Shown here piece after piece: positions 58,853-64,000 of a stretch of 64,000 nt of DNA. The stretch is from positions 6,848,001-6,912,000 of the forward strand of contig OZ245006.1 in assembly GCA_965223545.1 (NCBI GenBank), read 5' to 3'. The first letter of the stretch is position 1. Every line of letters starts with the position of its first letter. The translations under genes were made by a program, and so were the position numbers. Origin of the DNA: Planctomycetota bacterium. Lineage in GTDB: Bacteria; Planctomycetota; UBA1135; UBA2386. The notes under the pieces are model-generated. The model ran no database searches and was not told the origin of the DNA. It was given only the letters and a program-made list of their open reading frames with translations.

Positions 58853-60529
58853 CTAGCGGACCGAGGCCGGGCTCCGCGCCGCCGGGCCGTCCAGGGTCTC
58901 GATGGTGGCGCCATCGATGCCGGTGACGTAGGGCGTGCGGCCCGGCACCAGTCCGTCGAGGGCGACGATCCCCCGCGCGTCGCCGATGGCGACGAAGAGC
59001 GCGCCGGGCCAACCGACGTAGGAGAAACCGATCGGCACGCCGGCCGCCGGCCCGTCCGCGGTCAGCACGCGGTAGCGGCCCGCGACGCCGTCGATGAGGT
59101 GCAGGTCGACCGCATCCGTGTGCGCGTGGATGGACAGCCGCCCCTCGGCGTACTGGCCGGCCTCGGTGTGGACGAAGTAGCGGTACTCGCCGTCGGCGAG
59201 TGGGATCCGCGTTGCCGGTGACTGCAGCGCGATGCTGCGTGGCCCCGCGCCTCCCTCCAGCCGCAGTCGGGCGGCGGCCGGCCGGCCGTACAGTCTCAGG
59301 GTGACGTTCCGCTGCGAAGCGGCCGTTCGCCGCAGGCGTACCACGTGCGGTGCGGCCGCCGGAAGCGCGATCTTCCGGGCTCGGTCTTCGGCGGTGATGG
59401 CGAAACCGCCGCCGGCCCCGTCCGCCATCGACGCGAGGACCAGGACTCGGTCGCTGCGCAGACCGTGGATCCAAGCTCGATCGTCGACGCGTTCGATGCT
59501 GCCGAAGAACCAGCGCGTCGGCCCGTCGCGCATCCACGGGCGAAACACGAAGCGCACCGCCGGCCGGAGCGCGTCCTCGGCACCCTTTCCGTCGACCTCC
59601 AGGCAGAGCGTCTCGCCGGTCTCGGGCGGCAACACGCCGAGGTCGTTGTCGCCCGCGGTGAGCTCGACGAAGCGCGCGCAGTAGAAGTGGTGGGGACCGC
59701 GGCTCCACGACGCGATCACCTGGGCGCGGCACGGCCGGGCGGGAATCGCGAACGTGCCGTCGCCCGCGGTGTCGACGAAGATACGCTCACGGCACTCGTC
59801 GAGCGGCACCGCCGCTCCCGATGGCGTGCGCTCATCGGTGGATGCGCGGTGCCACTCGAACACGCGCACGCGCGCTGTCACCCCGGCACCGTGCTCGTTG
59901 ACCACCTGGCCGTGCACCGTCGTCGACGTGTAGCAGCGGATCTGCAGCTCGGTGGTGCGGCCGGCGGCGAGCCGGATTGGACCGGACCATGGAGTCGGAT
60001 CGTACGGCGGCCAGCCCCGTTGCTCGCCGGGCCCGCGCGCTGGCGGTGGAGGCGGCTGCAGATCGCAGCGGTGACTGAGGACGCGATAGCGCACCGCTCC
60101 CGCCGGCAGCGGCCAGTGCACCCGGCCGCGGGCGTCGGACACCGCGGCGCGGTCTGCCTCGGCGGGGTCGTCGATGCCGGCATCCTCGGTCGAGCCACGC
60201 CGCATCTCGACGCGTACGCCGGCGACGGGGCTGCCGGCCTCGTCGCGAAACACCAACCCCAACTCGCTCGCGGTGCGGGTCGCGCCGGCGTCGGCCCGCG
60301 CCCGCCTTGGTGTCGCCCGCGTCGGCACCTCGGCCTGGGGCGCGCGGCCGGGCGCATCCAATGCGTCCGTCGTCGCGCGCGCCGGGCGCGGCTGCGAGCT
60401 CGGACTGCGGGTTCCGCTCCGCACGCATACGGCGATCGTCGCCAGCAGGGCGGCGAGCGCGGCCATGGCGATCACCGGCCAACGGCGGCCGCCGCCGCGG
60501 GACACTCCGAAGCCTTCGACCGGTGGCAT
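58853..60529 (-). CDS. Membrane-anchored carboxypeptidase-regulatory-like protein
   Basis: N-terminal TM; DEAGSPVAGV, SDARGR and HGQVVNEHG repeats. Confidence 0.7.
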   Translation of the reverse strand: MPPVEGFGVSRGGGRRWPVIAMAALAALLATIAVCVRSGTRSPSSQPRPARATTDALDAPGRAPQAEVPTRATPRRARADAGATRTASELGLVFRDEAGSPVAGVRVEMRRGSTEDAGIDDPAEADRAAVSDARGRVHWPLPAGAVRYRVLSHRCDLQPPPPPARGPGEQRGWPPYDPTPWSGPIRLAAGRTTELQIRCYTSTTVHGQVVNEHGAGVTARVRVFEWHRASTDERTPSGAAVPLDECRERIFVDTAGDGTFAIPARPCRAQVIASWSRGPHHFYCARFVELTAGDNDLGVLPPETGETLCLEVDGKGAEDALRPAVRFVFRPWMRDGPTRWFFGSIERVDDRAWIHGLRSDRVLVLASMADGAGGGFAITAEDRARKIALPAAAPHVVRLRRTAASQRNVTLRLYGRPAAARLRLEGGAGPRSIALQSPATRIPLADGEYRYFVHTEAGQYAEGRLSIHAHTDAVDLHLIDGVAGRYRVLTADGPAAGVPIGFSYVGWPGALFVAIGDARGIVALDGLVPGRTPYVTGIDGATIETLDGPAARSPASVR

Positions 60530-60533
60530 GGAG

Positions 60534-61262
60534 CTACGGATCCGTGCTCAGCAGACGGACTTCGACCTCGATGGTCCCCCTCGCCGAGCCCTGCGCGGAA
60601 GAGCCCCAGATGAAGCCCTCGTAGACGTGGACGTAGGCGTGGCCGGCAGTCCGCGTCGTGTACCAGAACCAATCCGTCTTCTTGTCGCGGTACGGTACCA
60701 GCGCCCGCGCTTGGTCGGCGTACACCCCGGCCCCGTAGCTGGCGCTGACCGGCACGGTCAACGCTCCGATCGTGATCGTGGGGGGCAGCGGCGCGCCGCC
60801 GACGGAGCCGGCAGCGTCGTCGAGGATCGCGCTCGTATCCGCCCCCAGCGAGTCCTGGTACTGCAGAACGCCGCCCATCGTCGCCGACGCGGTGCCCCCC
60901 CGAATCGTCACCGACGCGTTGGCGGCCATCCGCGCCCGCGCGAGGACCCGGCCCGCCGTGTTCGTCGGCATGTACTGATAGGTCGACGACGACCCGCCGT
61001 CGCCCGACAGCGAAACCGTCGCGGAGGTTGCCGCTGGCAGGATCGCGGAGCTGGCCCACAGCCTCTCGGACAGAGTGAACTCGCGTGCGGCGACGTGTGT
61101 GCGGGCGACCGGACCGAAGATCGTGCTGTGCTCGGCGGTCTCGACGGTGCGCTCGTTCATCACGCTGACCAGGACCCAGCCGGTGCCGACGCTGATGCCA
61201 GGGACCGGCGGTGGGACGGGGAGTGGGGACACGACCGCGAACAGCAACCCAACAGACAACAT
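60534..61262 (-). CDS. Secreted hypothetical protein
   Basis: RBS GGAGG; hydrophobic N-terminus; stop 4 bp before the next gene. Confidence 0.65.
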   Translation of the reverse strand: MLSVGLLFAVVSPLPVPPPVPGISVGTGWVLVSVMNERTVETAEHSTIFGPVARTHVAAREFTLSERLWASSAILPAATSATVSLSGDGGSSSTYQYMPTNTAGRVLARARMAANASVTIRGGTASATMGGVLQYQDSLGADTSAILDDAAGSVGGAPLPPTITIGALTVPVSASYGAGVYADQARALVPYRDKKTDWFWYTTRTAGHAYVHVYEGFIWGSSAQGSARGTIEVEVRLLSTDP

Positions 61263-61472
61263 GCGACCTCCTCTTTGTCTCTCGCCGGACCCGGTGGGGG
61301 CCGCCCCGAGGAGCGCGCCGGCCGGCGGCACAGAGGAGGGACTCGACGACGCCGATTCGGCGCGTCAAACCTGCGGGGTGCGCGGGAAAACGAGCGGGTC
61401 ACCCGGCTGTCGCAGGCTTGCGGTGCACCTCCGGCCGGTTACCGTCCTTGGCAAGCCACGCTCTTTGCGTCC

Positions 61473-61559
61473 GGTGGGATGGCAGAGTGGCCGAATGCGG
61501 CAGCCTTGAAAGCTGTTGAGGCCTTCGGGTCTCCGGGGGTTCGAATCCCTCTCCCACCG
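61473..61559 (+). tRNA. tRNA-Ser(TGA)
   Basis: GGTGGGA/TCCCACC acceptor stem, anticodon loop CTTGAAA, long variable arm, GGTTCGAATCC; CCA not encoded. Confidence 0.95.
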
Positions 61560-61772
61560 TCACTTTCTCACTCATCGCCCTAAACTGAGTTGAAGCTGGC
61601 GATCGTGCCGAGTGCGGAGCGTGCGGCGTCGATACCGGTGAACGCTTCCCGAGCCCGTGCAGCGGGCCGAGAGGCCGAGAAGCGACTTTGTCGTCCGCCC
61701 CATCGTGCGCAGTTCGCCGTCGAACTTGTTGACGGCGCGATCGGCTCTTTTCTCTGGAAGCCACCCGATCGG

Positions 61773-62945
61773 TAGTGTGGTGCGTCAGACAGATGGGGAA
61801 TTATCCGCGAGTGCGGCCTTGGCTCGGGTGACCTTGGCCAGGATGTCGCTTGCTTTGGCCGTCCAGATGAACGGTTTGGGGTCCATGTTGTGCTGCTCGA
61901 TGTATGCCTGAATCGCTTCGATGAGCCGTCGGACGCTCGGGAACGCGCCGCGCCGGATTCGTTTTGTAGTGATGTCGCGAAAGAAGCGCTCGACCATGTT
62001 GAGCCACGACGCACTCGTCGGCGTGAAGTGCATGTGAAACCGAGGGTGACGCTTCAACCAGCGCTTCACCTTCGCGTGCTTGTGGGTCGAGTAGTTGTCA
62101 GCAATGATGTGGACGTCCAGGTGCTTGGGGACCTCCGCGTCGATCAGTCGGAGGAACTTCAACCATTCGATGTGCCGATGCCGCGGTGCACACATGCTGA
62201 TGATCTTGCCGGTTGCGGTGTTCATCGCGGCGAAGAGCGTGGACGTCCCGTTGCGCTTGTAGTCGTGAGTGACGGTCTTGGTACGGCCCGAGCGAAAGGG
62301 CAGGGAGGGCTGCGTCCGATCGAGCGCTTGGATCTGCGACTTCTCGTCGCAGCTGAGCACAATCGCGTTCTCGGGAGGGCTCAGATAAAGGCCGACGACG
62401 TCCTCGAGCTTCTCGACGAAGTTCGGGTCACGACTGACTTTGAAGGTGCGGAAGAGGTGCGGCTTCAGCCCGTGTGCAACCCAGATTCGGCGAATCGTCG
62501 CCGCACTCACGTCGACCAGCTTCGCCATGTCGCGAGTGCTCCAGTGCGTGGCGTTCGGTGGATCCTCCTGCGTCGTGATCCGAATGATCTCGGCGACAGT
62601 TTCCTCGTCTATGGTACGTGGGCGACCGCGGCCAGGTGCGTCTTTTTCGATGCCCGCTATGCGCTCCTCGGAGAACCGTTTGCGCCACAGGCTCACGGTC
62701 TTCTGCTGTGTCTCGAGCTTCTCCGCGATCTCCTTGTTCAGCATTCCTGCTGCAGCGTGCAGAACGATCTTTGCGCGCAGGACGAGGCGCGCCGGCGTGC
62801 TTCGGCCTCTGGCAAACTTGTGCAACTGCCTTCGCTCGTCTTCGGTGAGTGTGATCGGAACTGCTACTCGCATCGTGGTGGCCTCCCACGATACACAACG
62901 CGCGCGCGCCCAAATAATTACACCTATTTACGAGGCACTACAGTA
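61773..62945 (-). mobile_element. IS630-family element
   Basis: TA at both ends; imperfect IRs TAGTGTGGTGCGTC / TACTGTAGTGCCTC. Confidence 0.85.
61785..62873 (-). CDS. IS630 family transposase
   Basis: HTH; CDEKSQIQAL, HDYKRNGT, DNYSTHK and SWLNMVERFF (DDE). Confidence 0.96.
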   Translation of the reverse strand: MRVAVPITLTEDERRQLHKFARGRSTPARLVLRAKIVLHAAAGMLNKEIAEKLETQQKTVSLWRKRFSEERIAGIEKDAPGRGRPRTIDEETVAEIIRITTQEDPPNATHWSTRDMAKLVDVSAATIRRIWVAHGLKPHLFRTFKVSRDPNFVEKLEDVVGLYLSPPENAIVLSCDEKSQIQALDRTQPSLPFRSGRTKTVTHDYKRNGTSTLFAAMNTATGKIISMCAPRHRHIEWLKFLRLIDAEVPKHLDVHIIADNYSTHKHAKVKRWLKRHPRFHMHFTPTSASWLNMVERFFRDITTKRIRRGAFPSVRRLIEAIQAYIEQHNMDPKPFIWTAKASDILAKVTRAKAALADNSPSV

Positions 62946-63587
62946 GCTTGTGCGCTTGTGCCGCCTCGCGTCGGCCTTGCCGCGCACCTCTCGAATCGAT
63001 GTCGAGCCGCAGTTGTTCGACCGTTGGCATACGCTGCTGTTCCGCCCTGTTGTTGCTTCGCGTCCCCCAACGCGGTTATGCGTCCAGTATGCCTCAGTCG
63101 CGAGCCGAAGTCAATTCGGACTTACACCGACGAAGAGTCGGCTAGGTTTATGGCAAGCGCATAACAACGATTCAGCACGCCGCGTGGCTGGTTACCAAAG
63201 TCGAACCGTAGCCCGCGCAGCAACAGCGCCCGGAGCGGGGCTGCGTCATCACCACGTGGCTATCGCCACTGTGGACTGTGCGTCCCTTGGGCACTGGGGG
63301 CGTGCGGTGTTGAGCCTCTCGGCGCCAAGCCCTCGAACGGCGGCAACATCGGGCGGCCGTCAAAAGGCGCGGGCGAGGCGAGCCCTTATCGCCGTTGCGA
63401 AGCAGTCGGAGTCACGGGCATGAAGAATCCCACTCCGAGCAGAGCCCACACCACACTTTGCCCTTGATCGTGACCACGTGAGTCCCTCCGTCTGGACATG
63501 GGTTAGTACCACTGCAGTTCCCGGTCCGCACCTGCATTGACTCCGTCCAGGCTGCAGTGTTGTCGCCATCGTCGTCGCAACCGCTAG

Positions 63588-64000
63588 CCCAACTTCCGCA
63601 GTTCGACGGGTCGTCACGTTGAAAAGCAACGACTTACGTCGATTGGTTGGCACTACATCGCGGTCGAACGGAGTGGCGCGGGGACGGATAGCCTCCTGGG
63701 TAGCTGGATGCCGAGCCGGTCGAGCAGGTGCGCCTGCGCCTCGTTGGGGGTGACCACGCAGCGGACCCGGAGTTCGCGGCCGTCAGTAGTTGGCAGGAGC
63801 ACGTCTGCGCTTTGGACCTGACGGAGCTCCTCGAGGATGGCGGCCGGGCTGTTGCCGAGTCCGGCCTTCTCCTGCCAGAGCTCGAGCGTTTTCCACAAGG
63901 CGTAGGCGAGGAAGCAGACGAGGATGTGCGCCCTGACCCGGTCCTCGCGTTGATGCCACACCGGGCGGATCGACAGCTCGGACTTCTGGATCCGAAACGC
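63588..64000 (-). mobile_element. IS1634-family element, downstream end
   Basis: Transposase 3' end; probable terminus CCCAACTTCCGCA next to CTAG. Confidence 0.65.
63653..64000 (-). CDS. IS1634 family transposase, C-terminal part
   Basis: [33 protein letters not shown]. Confidence 0.9.
   Translation of the reverse strand, partial: AFRIQKSELSIRPVWHQREDRVRAHILVCFLAYALWKTLELWQEKAGLGNSPAAILEELRQVQSADVLLPTTDGRELRVRCVVTPNEAQAHLLDRLGIQLPRRLSVPAPLRSTAM

Noticed and set aside
63020..63200. Integron attC-like inverted motifs (GTTATGCG / CGCATAAC; CGTTGG / CCAACG)
   Set aside because: No L-box pairing with extrahelical bases could be built, and no cassette ORF or integron integrase is visible

Overview
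GC-rich bacterial DNA. The gene content (ECF sigma/Ser-Thr kinase pair, FG-GAP surface proteins, carboxypeptidase-regulatory-like and prenyltransferase-repeat proteins) suggests a Planctomycetota genome, which is an inference. The window is mostly accessory DNA. At the left edge two different IS110-family elements sit in one copy of a structured 201-bp repeat that recurs at about 24.3, 33.8 and 46.1 kb. For the complete IS1111-type element (1574-3049) the exact ends, 17-bp sub-terminal IRs, 2-bp core and a bridge/seek-RNA-like region can be read directly, and its four guide segments match the target and donor. Other content: a sialic-acid catabolic operon with a Kelch-SSS transporter fusion, a small glycosylation cluster, an integrase-less ~7.8-kb island at tRNA-Arg(CCT), an unusual amidohydrolase / S41 protease / uracil-DNA-glycosylase-like operon, several pseudogene fragments, tRNA-Ser(TGA), an IS630 and the end of an IS1634. 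All calls are from motif reading only; no database searches were run, and start codons are best estimates.
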